From: Atractiella rhizophila
Taxonomy: Eukaryota
NCBI GenBank assembly: GCA_021432655.1
Contig: MU271435.1
Location: 13,414-66,198 of the forward strand
Length of the DNA: 52,785 nt
Direction of reading: 5' to 3'
Positions 13,165 to 25,899 of the stretch are shown in pieces. Numbering within the stretch: position 1 is the first letter of the stretch; every line of letters starts with the position of its first letter. A program made the position numbers and the translations under genes. The notes under the pieces were generated by a model, which ran no database searches, was not told where the DNA came from, and saw only the letters and a list, made by a program, of their open reading frames with translations.

Positions 13165-13445
13165 CGATTACTTTGATTGAAGGAGGAGATTGATTATTTG
13201 CACCCACATCGGTTCTCTCCACCTGATTGTCGCGTTGAGGGCGCTTAAAGGTTTCCCCACATATTTTCCATCAACCTTGGGTGCACACCAAGTCCTTGCA
13301 TGCAGTAAAGGCTTCTTTTCACAATTTATAAGGTAACATTGACATTATTATATGTGTTTCCAGAATAGGAAGTTCCAGGAAAGGAAATTCTAGGAAAGGC
13401 AAGTGTGCCGCATTCGAATCCCGGTTGTGGATGCTTTTTTGCTTG

Positions 13446-13500
13446 TGACGTACCCCGTCCCGTCCGTACATACTATCACGTGACAGCCATACGTCAAGGA
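13446..13500 (+). repeat. Left arm of a 55-bp inverted repeat (partner 16655-16709)
   Basis: tgacgtaccccgtcccgtccgtacatactatcacgtgacagccatacgtcaagga is the reverse complement of 16655-16709 with a single CpG-to-TpG difference. Confidence 0.95.
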
Positions 13501-14210
13501 TATCCTTGGGCAGTTTTCCGGCATGTCATGGTTCTCAAACCATGATGCAATGAAAGGCTTCCATCAAATACCGATTGTACATCAAGAAGATAGAGCAAAA
13601 ACAGCCTTTAGGACGCATAAAGGTCTGTATCACTTCAAACGAATGCCACTAGGCGTTAAAAACAGACCGGCAGTGTTCCAGCGGGGTATGGACAGGATAC
13701 TTGCACAACATAAGTGGAAGTATGCTCTTATTTACATTGATGACATTGTCATCTATTCAAAAACATTTGAAGATCATTTAACACACAACGAAGCAGTTCT
13801 TCAAACGATCATTACAAGTGGACTTACATTATCGCTCAGTAAGTCACACAAAGCCCTCGGTCACAATATTTCAAACCGAGGCATCATGACAGACAAGAAG
13901 AATGTTGAAGCTATACTGAGTTTCCCTCCTTCCAAGACAGTAAAAGAGGTATACAACATCACTACTGTAGAAGTGGATCCGGAGCAGCTCGATAAAATGA
14001 GGAGGTGGTAAATGGAGGATGCATTTTTTGCAGACATCATCAGTGCACTACAAAGCAATAACCCACTACCTTCTCTTCGTTTCTTCTGTTTACTCAGCAG
14101 ACTTCTTTATAACAAAAATGAAGTAACAGATAACTGGGTACAATGTATTCCAGACCTCAAAGCACTTAAACTTCAAATTATTCAGGAATTACATGATTCA
14201 GAAACATCTG

Positions 14211-14590
14211 TTTGATGGGATGACCGGAACACTTACGCCTTCTACTTTCTGGGAGCATTCACTTCTCTTAGTATCCTTACTGTGGCGTGTTCAAGTTTTC
14301 TCTTCACTTCCAAATACGCCTTCTCATTATTCAGAATCTTCCTTGATAAAAGCGAGTTGCACTGCAAGTGCGAGACCACATTCTTATTGGTTGGTCTCAC
14401 ACCTCGTAGGTAATGTATTTCACCTTTACATAGCTAGAATTACATTCTTATTGGTTGGTTTCGCACCTCGCAGCCTCGCACCTCACCCCTCTCTTAATCT
14501 TATCAATTGGTAGCGAGAGACTAGTTCTCATCTAGCCTAATCCCCACTTCCCATCAGCCTCAACGTCTGAAAGCCATGAGACGGCAATCC
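14211..14590 (+). mobile_element. Copia 5' LTR, PBS and gag-start fragment
   Basis: Similar to 34100-34445 (minus); LTR end atca followed by PBS tggtagcgagag near 14507; inserted in the integrase Zn-finger (ETS|GHFG). Confidence 0.75.
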
Positions 14591-14598
14591 TTACTTCT

Positions 14599-14715
14599 TT
14601 TGATATAATATCATTATATTATAATCACTATTTTTTATTTTTGTATTTATTATTAATTTATTATTATTTGAAATATGTATTTATTATATTTTAAATATTT
14701 ATTAATTATAATATA
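14599..14715. other. Extremely AT-rich filler segment
   Basis: About 117 bp with only a handful of G/C bases, in a window of moderate GC content. Confidence 0.85.
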
Positions 14716-16057
14716 GTCATTTTGGCTATGCAAAGACAGTGGCTTTGGTTTCTCAGTCATACTACTGGAAGAACCTTACAAAAGATGTCAGAAGATATCT
14801 TGAGTCCTGTCCGAGCTACCAGAGAAATAAAGCTGTAAATAAAAAACCCATTGGACCTTTCAGACCCTTACGAATACCACCATCAAGATGGCACACGGTA
14901 ACAATGGACTTCACAGTTGGTCTTCCAGCATCTGGACATGAACAATACGATTCTGTGCTCAACGTAGTTGATAAACTCTCCAAATGAACACACTTTATAC
15001 CTACATTTACAACTATTGATGCCGTGGCATTAGCAAAACTGTTTTTCAAAGAGATTGTTAGGCTTCATGGACTCCCTAGGATCATCATCTCTGACCAAGA
15101 CCCAAAATTCACATCACAGTTTTGGAAAACGCTCTTTCAGACCTTCAATACTAAGCTTAACCTCTCCACTGCCTTTCACCCTCAAACAGATGGACAATTG
15201 GAACGACAAGTATGAGTGTTAAAAGAAGCACTCCGTCACTACATTAACTACGCACAGGACGATTGGGCCGAACTTCTCCCCTCTCTCGAGTTTGCGTATA
15301 ACAATGCTGTACATGCCTCAACTGGGCGAACACCTTTCGAACTCGACACTGGTTTCATCCTATCACACTGGAACAATTACAGATTACAGTAACCTCTACC
15401 GAAGAGTTTATTGAAGAGCTCGACCTTGACCTGGCTGCTCACGAAAGCCTTAAGCTTGCTTCACTTCAACAAGGCAAGTACAAGGAACCTACTCGACGTT
15501 TGCATGTGTTTAAAGAAGAAGACTTGGTAAAGGTTTCAACTGAAAACTTGAATGCCGATTTCTTCTCAGACAGGAAGAGCAAGAAACTTCGACCACGATA
15601 TATCGGACCATTTGAAATCGTGGATGTCTATTCAAACTCTTGTCTTATTGACTTTCCAGCCAACATAAAGATATTCCTATCATTAATACGGATTACTTAG
15701 AACCATGGTTAGAAAGCCCTAAGAGTTCAAAGGGCGTAAGGAACAAGAACCACCCTTCAACATTATTGATGAAGATGAGTATGAAGTCAATAAAATACTG
15801 AATAGACAGGTGCATAGAAACAAAGTAGAGTATCTGGTACTGGAAAGGCTATCCTGAACATGAATGGACCTGGGAGACTCTTGATAACCTCAAAAATGCT
15901 CCAAATGCTGTTACAGATTATGAGTGAACCCTTAAACCCACTTCCAACTATAATACTTCAAAGGCTGATGTTCAATACACATCCACAGGGCCATTGTACC
16001 CTCACCAAAGTGTCTATATTTCCTCTATTGATGGTGAGACACTTCTTCCCTCCCAAG

Positions 16058-16709
16058 TGAAGTCGCTTATCCCAGACTAGAGGGAGAGTTCGAATTGGGA
16101 ATAAACGTTTGGTAGGCAAACACTGAAGCAGCTTAGTGAAAAAGGGCTAGGACAGCAAACTAGTGGTTTTGCAATGAAACAGATGCACTTTCAACACTAT
16201 AATTGACCCAAAGTACACTAAGCAAGCACCTGAGGATGAGAGAAATAAGTAAGTAGTCAAATGAAAGTGTGGGATGCTCACAGCGCGAGTGAGGAATGAT
16301 ATTTCCATCTAAACTTTCCCCTTTTATAGCTTTTCTCCTCTCCAGCACTCCACCTGGCTCCACCCCCTTTTCCTCCTCAATCTCTGATCTCCTACATCCT
16401 TCCCCTAAGTCCTACGTTGCCCTATTTCCTTTTATCTTGCCCACATTTTCTATCTTGTTCAATCGCTATTGTCTTCTTATTTAAGGTTAAGATGGAGTTT
16501 TCTATTGGTCCTTGTTTTATCTTGAATTGGTCTTTGTCTGCTTTTCCTTGTTCCGATTGAATTAACAACATGGTTGCGGAGTTATGCGTTGTGGTGAAGT
16601 ACGTAATTTGGTTGGTGTTGCAGTGAAATAGGCTGTTTGTCTCGCACGTGTCCGTCCTTGATGTATGGCTGTCACGTGATAGTATGTACGGACGGGACGG
16701 GGTACGTCA
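16058..16709 (-). mobile_element. Probable LTR (family W)
   Basis: Minus strand reads TGACGTACCC...GACTTCA with TATAAAA near 16322-16328; its first 55 nt recur inverted at 13446. Confidence 0.6.
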
Positions 16710-16990
16710 TGTCCCTCCTGTTTGTCGAGTTGCCCCCGACAAGTTCAAACCTTAATGGGACCCTAACCCTACGTTGGTCACATTGTTCACCTTCCTGCCC
16801 TAAAGTCAATATATAAACCACCATCCCTTCGTCAACCTCCCCCAATTTCAACCACCACCTTCCTCATCCTTCCCCCTTTTTCGTTTGCAAGCTGTCAGGT
16901 CTTAAAGAGTGATTAGCAAGCTACGATTAAGGCAGTGAATTTTTAATTTTTGGGTGAAATTTGTACGGGGTTTCAGTACCCTGTCGTTTT

Positions 16991-17040
16991 TCGCTTACGC
17001 TCAAATGGACTTCTCGCTTACGCTCAAATGGACTTCTCGC
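16991..17040 (+). repeat. 23-bp tandem duplication
   Basis: tcgcttacgctcaaatggacttc x2 followed by tcgc. Confidence 0.85.
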
Positions 17041-18089
17041 TTTCTCCCTCACGCGCGGAGGACCGAAGACTCTTTCTTTTCGATGTCGAAGGTGCTTCCA
17101 GGATAGAACTTGAAAAAAAAGCCGAGGATATTTTGCATCGGACTCGTTTAGAACTGGTGAACATTTGATAGAGTTTCCTGGTACGTCCTTTCTTGTGAGC
17201 AGTGACTGGGTTTGGTGTTCATCTTTTATGTTGCGTCCAGCGAATTGGGGCATTCTTCATGATTTGCGAAACTTCGATTTTAAGTATGGGCATCTGCCTG
17301 CCTCGTCTGCTTTTTGGGACTCTCCTCGCCTTGTTGTAGGCTCCCTTGACTTTTCTTCACTTCTCCAGTTTTTCCTGCGTACAGTTGAAGGTTTCCTCTC
17401 CGTCTGGTTAACTGTGGAGAAGGCCCAGGAGCTCGTCCGCCTTGTAAACTCGATTTTTCCTCCAAGTTCGACTGATCTTCCTTTGCCCACCCATCGCTAC
17501 TTCCTTTCCGTCGTCCTATATTTCTGCCTCTTGGTCTGCTGGGCCTGCTATTTGTCTCCTTTGAGTTCGAGACGATTGATGGGAGCCCAAGCAATTTCTG
17601 TTCGAAGAGTGTAAATGGATTGAGCGACAACTCCGCCGGTTGCAATGTATTTTCTTCGAGGACTTCTGTTTTTCTGGACTCATCGCACCATTGGCGAAGT
17701 CAAGTATGGTTCCTCCGTCCTTTCTGCGTGGCATGGGTGGCAAGAGAGTGGAGCTCGCCCTGAAATGTTGGAGCCTTCCGCAATTATCGTGGCTGTATCG
17801 TCATGTCGTGTTTGGGTTCAATTCTCAGTGTAAGCATCCCATCCTTGATCTATGCCCCCCCTTCTTGTGCTGACATGCTATTACTAGGTGGCGTCCTCTA
17901 TTATCTTCGTCGTGCTCTCTATACGTTCCTGTGTCTGGCCAAGTCTTCCCTGTTCCTTCTCCTCACCTTATCCGCCGTGAATATCCCCTATCTTCTGATT
18001 TTTCCTTCCCTCGCATTACCTTCGCCTCTCCGGCTCCTCCAATCCCATCATCTCCTCCTTATGTTTTCTGTCCTCCCGATCCTTATCCA

Positions 18090-20093
18090 TCAATGGAATC
18101 TTGAAGTCCCTGAAAGTGGCAAAGGAAAAACAAGAATGTTCCAAATCAATAAGCGCATTGTAAGTAGAAAGAAAGTCATTGCCATAATCTTGGTCATGCT
18201 TACTGGACTAACATGGAAAGTAATGCGAGCTTTGATTTTTGGTATGCTTCTGAACTTAAGCACCAAGTCAATGCTCTTCCAGGTTTTAGATATGGATCCA
18301 AGTCCTTTTAAGGTTACTTGAGTGCACTCCTCAAATTGGAAGTTGCATATGTTTTTACATGCAAACTCTTCATCAATGAGAGTGATTGTAGATCCTATAT
18401 CTACACATGCTGGGTATGATCCGAGGGCGCCATCAATTTCAACAATTGTTGTTGCTGGGCACTTAGTTTCATGCCAATCTGATGCCCATTTTGAGGTGGT
18501 TGGTGCTACTAGTTCTACCTCTGTAGGAAGTATAGGGTTAGGAGGTGTTTGCCTGTCAATAATCATCCGTTTACGATGAACTGGTTCTGGCTTCGAAGGT
18601 AACTGTCGTTGATGTGACCAGGTTTGTACTGCATTGCTCTGGCTGATTGTCGGCTCTAGGACATGAACAATGTTCACTGAGGCGTCATATTTGTTATCCT
18701 CTAATTGCTTCAAAGCGTTCATATAAAACTCTTCTTCATTGTCATTGTCAACTTTGTTGTCTATGCTCTCCACATTGTTGCTTCTTGCTGAGGACTTGTT
18801 CAGAAACCTATTCTTGACAGAGGAAGTTTTATTGCTTCCTGTTGCAGGATAACTCTAGGCTATATTTGCAGAAGCATGATTGGTTGATTGATTCCTGTTA
18901 GGGCAAGCATTCGCCTAGCGTCCTATTTTACCGCAGACATAACATGGATTGGTTTGAGGTCTACTATTACTTGGTCGTGAACTCGATTGATGGTTTGATC
19001 CTGATCTGAGGGTTGAAGACTGGCTATTGTTACTGCTACGTCCTTCATTGTTTGATGAGTAGGGTTTTCGCTCTTGATTAGCTCCCTGTTTCTTAAACCG
19101 ACTGTTCTGTCCTGACTGCCTAGTGTTATACATCCTTTCTTCTGAGCTATTAAACATCCGAGTTCCATAGCTGTTCTGACTTGCTAGTATTGTGGGTTCC
19201 CATTGTAACACAATGTGTCGGAAGTGTGAGACCCTGCAGTTCTTGGGTATGTCGCCTTTGATACTAACTCTATACTGTAGAGGAATACCACTCAGTATAT
19301 CATGTATCAACGTTGAATGGGCTACATTATTGTCATAAATAAGCCTCTGAAGTCTTCTTTTATCTAAGAAGTAAGCAGTGACTGACTCGCTCTGCTTAGG
19401 GTAACGATGCTTGTTCTCGATGACCAGTTTGTCTAGCCAGTCAGGTGGTCGAAATGTTTCTCTAAGACTTTTTCTCCAACACTTCCAAGTGTTCATGCTG
19501 AAGCGTTCTTCTTCTTCTAGTGATGAAAACCAATCAAGTGCTTCAGCTTTAAGACATTGAGGTAAAACTGACAATAGGTTCCATTCTGAGGTGTCTCCGA
19601 AACCCTAAATCGAGTCAATTTTATGGATCCATTGGTCCAGATCATCACTCGAGCCGTTGAACTTGGGCAGGTCACTAGCCTTCAGCTTTGACACACTCTC
19701 TTTAACTACTTCTATCCGTCGGTGTTGTTTCAGCTTGATTGGTTTCCCTCTGTAATGGGGTCTGTCTTCTTCAGGGTTATCATCACTAAGGTCTGATGGT
19801 GGATAGTGACCATCATCATCGTCATCTGATGATGGGTTTGAGGAGGAGAGCTCTGTAGGCTCGGCACATTCCATTTGTTTCCTATACTCCCTTTGTTGTC
19901 CTGTTGTAGGTGGTGGGACAGGCTGTTTCCTGTTTGCTCTAAGGGGAGTTGAGCTAAATGTATGTGTTATATTAGCCTTTGTTGACTTTAATGGCCTAAC
20001 GGATTCGGGTTTAATAGTATCTCCTTCTATTACTCTTTTCTCTGTATCCCTCTTTCTGGAATGATCGGATTCGCCTAACTCAAGTGAGTTCAA
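18090..20093 (-). pseudogene. Gag (capsid-like, zinc knuckle) and aspartic protease of element X
   Basis: LPKFNGSSDDLDQWI, LKAEALDWF, QSESVTAYF, CYVCGKIGR*ANAC knuckle, protease ACVDIGSTITLID; stops and frameshifts. Confidence 0.85.
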
Positions 20094-20951
20094 GTCAAGA
20101 TCCGAAATCTTTTCTCCTCCAGGGATAGTCTCAAGTGTTGTGCTTCTTCCTTGTTGAAGTGGATATGAGGCTGGGTGCTCCTATTGCCTATGATGGATGA
20201 TGAGTTTTCTGCAATATTAGTCTTCATTGCCTTTCAATGCTCATCAATTCCGAAGAAGTACGAAATGTATACAAGAGGTTGGAAGGGTTGGTTGCGGAGG
20301 TGTTGATCCAGTCTCTGGAATGTGCTGAAGGTAGAGTCGTTGGAATGTCTGGAATCCTTACTTGTTTGAGCTCCATTTATGTGGTTACGGAATTGTTCCA
20401 GAATATTCCAGACACTCTAAGCGATGGCAGTTAAGGTTATTCAGAGAATATTCTAGACTGTTCTACCATATTCCAGAGTAATGTTCTAGGTTGTTCTAAG
20501 AGGTTCCAGAAGGTTCCAGTATCTCCTATAATGTATGTAGCCTCACCATTACAGCATGAGAAGACTAACCTGTAGTGGAGATAAACCTAAGAGAATACTC
20601 TAAGGTCATCATCACTACATCTCAATTTATATATACATATGTAAAGGCACCGCCATGAACTGTAAAGTATATCTCATAACTAGATCAGGAAAGCACCAAA
20701 GGGAAGAATCGGTAATAAGATATAATGAGTAGAGCAATGCGAAAGGATGTCAAGATGAAAACGCTGACGATGCAGACCTGCAAAATGTATAAGGTTACTG
20801 AGCGGCGACCCACATGAGGAAGAGGTAAAGTGACGGAGAGCATGGGTATATGCAAAGCGGCGATTGGTAGGTACGTGATCCTTCGAAGTAGGAAGGTAGG
20901 TCACGTGACTTGGTTGGTGTATTTCAGTAATGTACAGGAGCAAGACTGACA

Positions 20952-21222
20952 CTTTTACATTCGGCATTTTTCACAAATCAGCAAACCTCACAAATTAGGA
21001 GTTTCTGCTTAAGGAAATTACCGTAGTAACTGGGAGGTGTTGTCAGGTTTGCGTCCCATGCAAATTGGCGCTTGTTTGCCACTTTGCTCGTCCATCGCCC
21101 ATTTGAATTCTGCATGCATTGGCACTCATTTACCCATTTGCACTCCTGTGACTCCCATTTGTGCACAGTGCATTATGCTCCCATCACCATTGAGCCTATC
21201 TCCCGTCTTAGCAACCACATGA
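20952..21222 (+). mobile_element. 3' end of chromovirus copy A: 3' region, PPT and truncated 3' LTR (21041-21222)
   Basis: Matches the reverse complement of 35400-35545; PPT actgggaggtgt followed by TGTCAGGTTTGC. Confidence 0.8.
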
Positions 21223-21395
21223 TGTTAGGGCAGACCCTATGTACGGTTGCCGATCAGCGATGCAGCTGTAGTGGAGATGAACCTAAGAGAGAATACTCTA
21301 AGGTCACCTCCACTACATCTCAATTTATATATACATGTGCAAGGGGCACCGACATGAACTATAAAGTGGGTCTCATGACACATGTAGAATAACTA
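21223..21395 (-). mobile_element. Truncated family Y LTR (R/U5 part)
   Basis: tgttagggcaga...ctgtagtggagat.aacctaag...gaatactctaaggtcacctccactacat matches the LTRs starting at 35063 and 40821. Confidence 0.8.
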
Positions 21396-24300
21396 ATTTG
21401 TAAACAGTGCTCTGTGACTTGTGATTGTACAAAGTGGCGAAGTCTGAATCTGAGCAACCAGTAAGTTCTTCTCCTCCACTTTGGTAGACTATCTTCAAGT
21501 CTGAGGTGCCTCGCAGGTAACGAAAGATCCTCTTCACGGCCTTCCAGTGGTGCGACAAAGGCTTCTCACCGAATTGTGCAACTTGTGTGACAGTGAAAGT
21601 GATGTCCGGTCAAGGGCGACCATGAGGAAGAGCAGAGAGCCGATAGCTTCTCGTTAGCGACCAGTCCATGGCTCATTGATGTGACCTTCTTCGTCCTCGT
21701 CTGTCGCTGATTCTAACTGATTCTAAGTTCTGTCCAAGTTCAAAAAGGGTTGAAACTGGCTTGCAGTTTGCCATCCCAAACTTCTCCAGCAGGCGCTCAA
21801 CGTATGCTTTTTGGTCAATGGAGATTCTGTCGTCAGATTGGATGATGCAAATTCGGAGGAAATGATAAGCTCTCCCTTCATCTTTGAGTTTGTAATGTCT
21901 TCTAAGTTCTTCTTTGACCAGTGCAGCTCTTCGTCATTTTTGGCAAGGATAAGGAAGTCGTCGACATAGACTGCTACCAGTACGTATCTACCAGTCTTCT
22001 CATCCCTCTTCATGTAGATAGTTGATTCTGACTTGTATTATTTCAGGCCCATACTCTTCAACCTCTCATCTGCATCCCCATTCCAAACGTGACCACTCTG
22101 ATGAAGACCATACACCGCTTTTGTGACTTGAATAACCCAATCTGGGTGTTCGGGATCTTTCCAGCCAGGAGGAGGTCAAAGGTTCACAGGTTTGTTGAGT
22201 TTTCCATAGATATGCGGCTGAAATGTTGATCATGTGGACAGGCTACTTATTCTTCGCAGAGACGGATAGGATCAGGCGGAACGTCGGCATGGAGAGGACC
22301 AGGGAGGAGGTTTCCTCATAGGCGATCCCCTCGTGCTGTGTGAAGCCTTGGGCAATGACCCTTGCTCACAACCGGTGGTTTCTCCCTCTGGACCCAATTT
22401 CTCCTTCAATACCCCAACACGAACCAATCATATTCTCCCCCTCAGGCAACGGACCCATCTCCCCGACCTCTCTCTTTTTCCACAACCTTTTCTCCTCATC
22501 AAATGTATCCTGCCATTTGGACCATTGACAGCTTGTTCATAGGACAGAGTGAGGTTTCAGATGGGCAAGGCAATGGTGATGTGGCCTACAGCGTCAGAAA
22601 AGGTGAGTCCCCAAAATACTTCACTCATTTTTCTTTCTGAGCTTCTGCAGGAGAACGGTGTGCACACTGGGAGTGTTCATGAGGCTGAAGTGGGTCAGGT
22701 TTCACCTTCGACAGAACTTCAGTGTGTCTCTCCCCCCATTCTGTTCTTTTTCCTCTCTACCCTCTCTGACTGTTCTTTTGGAGCAGGAGGGTCCATCACT
22801 TCGTTCGTTTGAACTTCAAGAGGTTGTAGGAGAGATGCAGGGTAGGTCTTGTCAAGTTGAACGTGCAGGTGTTTGGTTACTGACCCATTCTTGCGATTGT
22901 AGATCCGATAAGTCTTGCTTTCCCAGTTATAACCAACCAACCTCCCTTCCCATGAACACGCATCAGGGTTCTGTCAGTTCGGTTCAGGCTGGATAAGGCT
23001 GTAAGTTTTGCACCCCAGCACTCGCAAGTGTTCAACTGACAGTTTCTTGCCAGTCTAGGCTTCAAATGGTGTCTTGCCATCAAGCGTGGATGTTGGACGA
23101 CGATTGATGATATGGATTGCTGCGACAGCGAGCTCTCCCCACAGCTTTTTGGGGATCTTGGAGGAATGGAGGGTGGAACGAATGAGAGCAGAAATAATGA
23201 GGTTGAGACGCTCCACGATGTCATTCTGTTGAGGAGTGTAAACAGCTATGTGTTCGTGTTTGATGCTGTGCAACGTCAGGTGCGTCTTGAACTCGTTGCT
23301 CGTATACTCTCCCCCGTTGTCAGATCTGATTGATTTGATCTTTAAGCCGGTTTCGAGTTCGACTTTCGCTTTGAAATCTTTGAAGGTGGAGAAGATATCG
23401 GATTTGTGCTTGAGAACTTAAATCCTCGACCTGTTGTCCATGAAGCTGACCCAGTAGTCAGCTCCACTGATCAGCTTCACAGGTGCAGGACCCCACACAT
23501 CAGTGTGGATGAGCTCAAGCTTCTCATTTGCACATTTCGTAGTCCTAAGGGGAAAGGGAGTTTGGATTGACGACTAAGGAGACATGCAGCACACGGTAAT
23601 CCTCCTCTCCCACTTCCATTCCTCTAACCATTTCTTTCTTTTGCAGCTCCTTGAGTCCGGCTAACCCCAGGTGGCCGAGCCTGCAATGCCAGACATGAGA
23701 GGAAGCTAGTTTCATGATTGTGTTTAGATTTGTGCTCCATTTGCATCCAGGAACAGTACTGATGCATCTAGTTTGTGTAGGCCTCCCTCTGCAACAATCT
23801 CTGCTACCACAGTTCCATCACGCTTCATGACTCTCCTTCGTTTGTCTGTAGAGAAGATGATGTCAAAGCCACGAGTGTTAAGTTTGTGGGTGGAGAGGAG
23901 CGCACAGCCGATCTCGGGGTTGAGGAGGACTTCTGTGAGTTCAATCTCTCTTTCAATTCCATTTACCCTTGTCAGGATTCTGACTGTTTCAATCCCAGTG
24001 GCCTTTGTGATGATGCCATGGGACGAGTAGAAGTGATGACTATGTGGGGAGAGCAAGGAAAACCAAAACCTGAATGGGACAATATGATCTGTGGCTGCAG
24101 AGTCGACATAGAGTCCCTCATGGTGCGTCCCATCTCCAGGGATCGTGTGGAAGGCTTCTGAGATTCTAGCTTCCCCAGGCTTCTCTTCTTCTTCCAGCTT
24201 CTTCTTTCAGAATCACTCTCCCAATGGCCTCGATACCACAATAGTGGCACTTCCCTCTCTTCTTCTCATCTTTTGACTTCACTTCATGGCTACTTCCACC

Positions 24301-24540
24301 AATAGACTTGGTAAAGTTCCTTCCGTTCCTCCAGGCTTTGCGACCAATGCTTCGCTAGGTTTGAAACCTGGGTTCCTTCGGTCTGCTTCAAGAAGGAGAT
24401 GAGATGTGACGTAGGAGGAGGTGAAATCAGAAGAGGAGACAGCATTGAAGGAGGAAATGACCTCAATCCAAGATGGCGGCAAGGAGATCAGAATGAGCAT
24501 CGCCATGTCCTCATCATCTGTTTTATCGCCCATCACCTTC
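21396..24540 (-). mobile_element. Ty1/copia element, 3' portion (gag end, protease, integrase, RT), decayed
   Basis: DDEDMAMLILISLPPSW, CHYCG..GHW, WHCRLGH, LIHTDVWGP, IRSDNGGEY, YTPQQN..VER, VAVYVDDFL, HWKAVKRIFRYLRGT; integrase before RT is the copia order. Confidence 0.92.
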
Positions 24541-24599
24541 TATGGAGGGACGTAGGGCTACGCTGTCATTTGCACATTTTTTTAGCACTCCGGCCATTG

Positions 24600-25500
24600 C
24601 TGCACCTGCCGAAAGGCCGCTGTCAATCTGTGAAAGTTGTCAACTTGTCGACTGCTTCAAGGATGCAGCTGGATGGAGCCCAAAGGGGCATCGCGGTTAA
24701 GATAAAAAGGTGTTCGCACTCTTGCTTATGTTTCTTATCGTGACGGCTTTTTCCTGTTTTCACCATGCTGTGTCTTGAACTGCAACACCCAACAAGTAGG
24801 TCCTTTTTATCGCTGGGTTTAGTATTCCTAACATGATTTTAATCTTCAGGTTCTTCAACCCACATTCTCACACTCGCTGAGGCTGCAGCATGCCTGACGA
24901 ACACCTTCCTTCTGCCCTTTCAGCCACCTCTGACTCCTCCTGCTGCCAACACAAAAGCCAAAAGAATAGGCATACGACAAGACTCCGAACCAAACGCATA
25001 CAGCCCGCCATGGGCCATCGGTGTCCCAAATTGATGGAACAGACAACTTGGGTCCTTCAATAGTCTTATGCTCCAACCCTGGAAGCCATGATGTTCAGGA
25101 AGGAATCGAGTAGGATGAAAGTGAATTGGGGAGTCCTTCGATATGACAGACTAGCAGGTGCTACGCCAAAACCGTATGTGCCCCGTTGCTCACCTTCAAT
25201 ACCAATCCCACAAAATTGACAAAACAGATCGCACGTAGTGAAGAGTCTGCTGGAAGTTATGCCGTGAACCATGTGAGCTCCTATGCCTATCTCCTACCAA
25301 TATCTGATCACAATATACTGAAATATCCGTGGACATTGTTGGGGTAGGTCCCTTTGCATTCTTACAGTCGAGATTATACAACTCGGCTAATGCCGCCTCA
25401 AAAGCAGAGCGAGGTTCTTTGCTGCCAGTCACCTTGGAATTGCAGGTAGGATGAGTGCCCTCCCTCTCATGATGGCTAACATGTCCTGCTGTAGCCACAA
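24600..25500 (-). pseudogene. Unrecognised gene remnant inside the DNA transposon
   Basis: Chain of coding-like minus-strand ORFs (EPRSAFEAALAELYNLDC, GIEGEQRGTYGFG, WDTDGPWRAVCVWFG, EHLFILTAMPLWAP); no family recognised. Confidence 0.3.
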
Positions 25501-25899
25501 GCGAGTTCGAGTACTATAGAAGACATTGTCAATGACGATATCGGCTGACTCTGCTTCCTATGGGGAGACTTTAAACAAAGAGTCTCTGTGTTACTGTATT
25601 TTAAAAGATAGAGACTGTAACCAATGCTTAGAATAATGTGGTCAAATACTTCATATTGCATCGTACGAATTACAACAGTTGAAGCAGGCAAGAGGAATTC
25701 AGATTTTGTTTCCAAATAATCTCAATAGGAATGGCAGGATGTAGGGTTGAGTTTAGCGAATAGTGAATCAATACCAACCACTAAGTATCTTCTCAATGGC
25801 TAAGTGTTTATCGCTGTGTCTTGAATGAGAAACTCCCTTTATGTTCTGTAAACGGTTGGGATACATTCAGTCAACCAAGATCTTAGACGGTCTTCATTT

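Larger units (their letters stand above)
13501..15930 (+). pseudogene. Gypsy pol fragment: RT, RNase H deleted, integrase, chromodomain
   Basis: DAMKGFHQI, KTAFRT, MPLGVKN.PAVFQR, YIDDIVIYS; jump near 13950; [46 protein letters not shown]...YLV.WKGY. Confidence 0.9.
11888..20553 (-). mobile_element. Ty3/gypsy element X, rearranged and decayed
   Basis: Perfect TSD GCATG at 11883-11887 and 20554-20558; LTRs 11888-12340 and (truncated) ~20247-20553 are near-identical; PPT caaggagggagaagt (12341-12355, minus); gag and protease on the minus strand. Confidence 0.9.
11807..20951 (-). mobile_element. Solo LTR of family Y (U3 type 2), present as two pieces (11807-11887 and 20554-20951) split by element X
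   Basis: The pieces join to match the LTR at 40821-41309; TG...CA ends; imperfect TSD CTTAT (11802-11806) / CTTTT (20952-20956); copy A sequence resumes after it. Confidence 0.8.

Noticed and set aside
13400..13435. tRNA T-arm-like string gcattcgaatcccgg
   Set aside because: No cloverleaf, A box or acceptor stem; the GTTC consensus is not met.
13446..16709. Interpretation as an autonomous TIR or DIRS-like retroelement
   Set aside because: No tyrosine recombinase or convincing outer TSD; an inversion within element X explains it more simply.
16761..16771. ccctaacccta telomere-like motif
   Set aside because: Under two units; expected by chance in a window this size.
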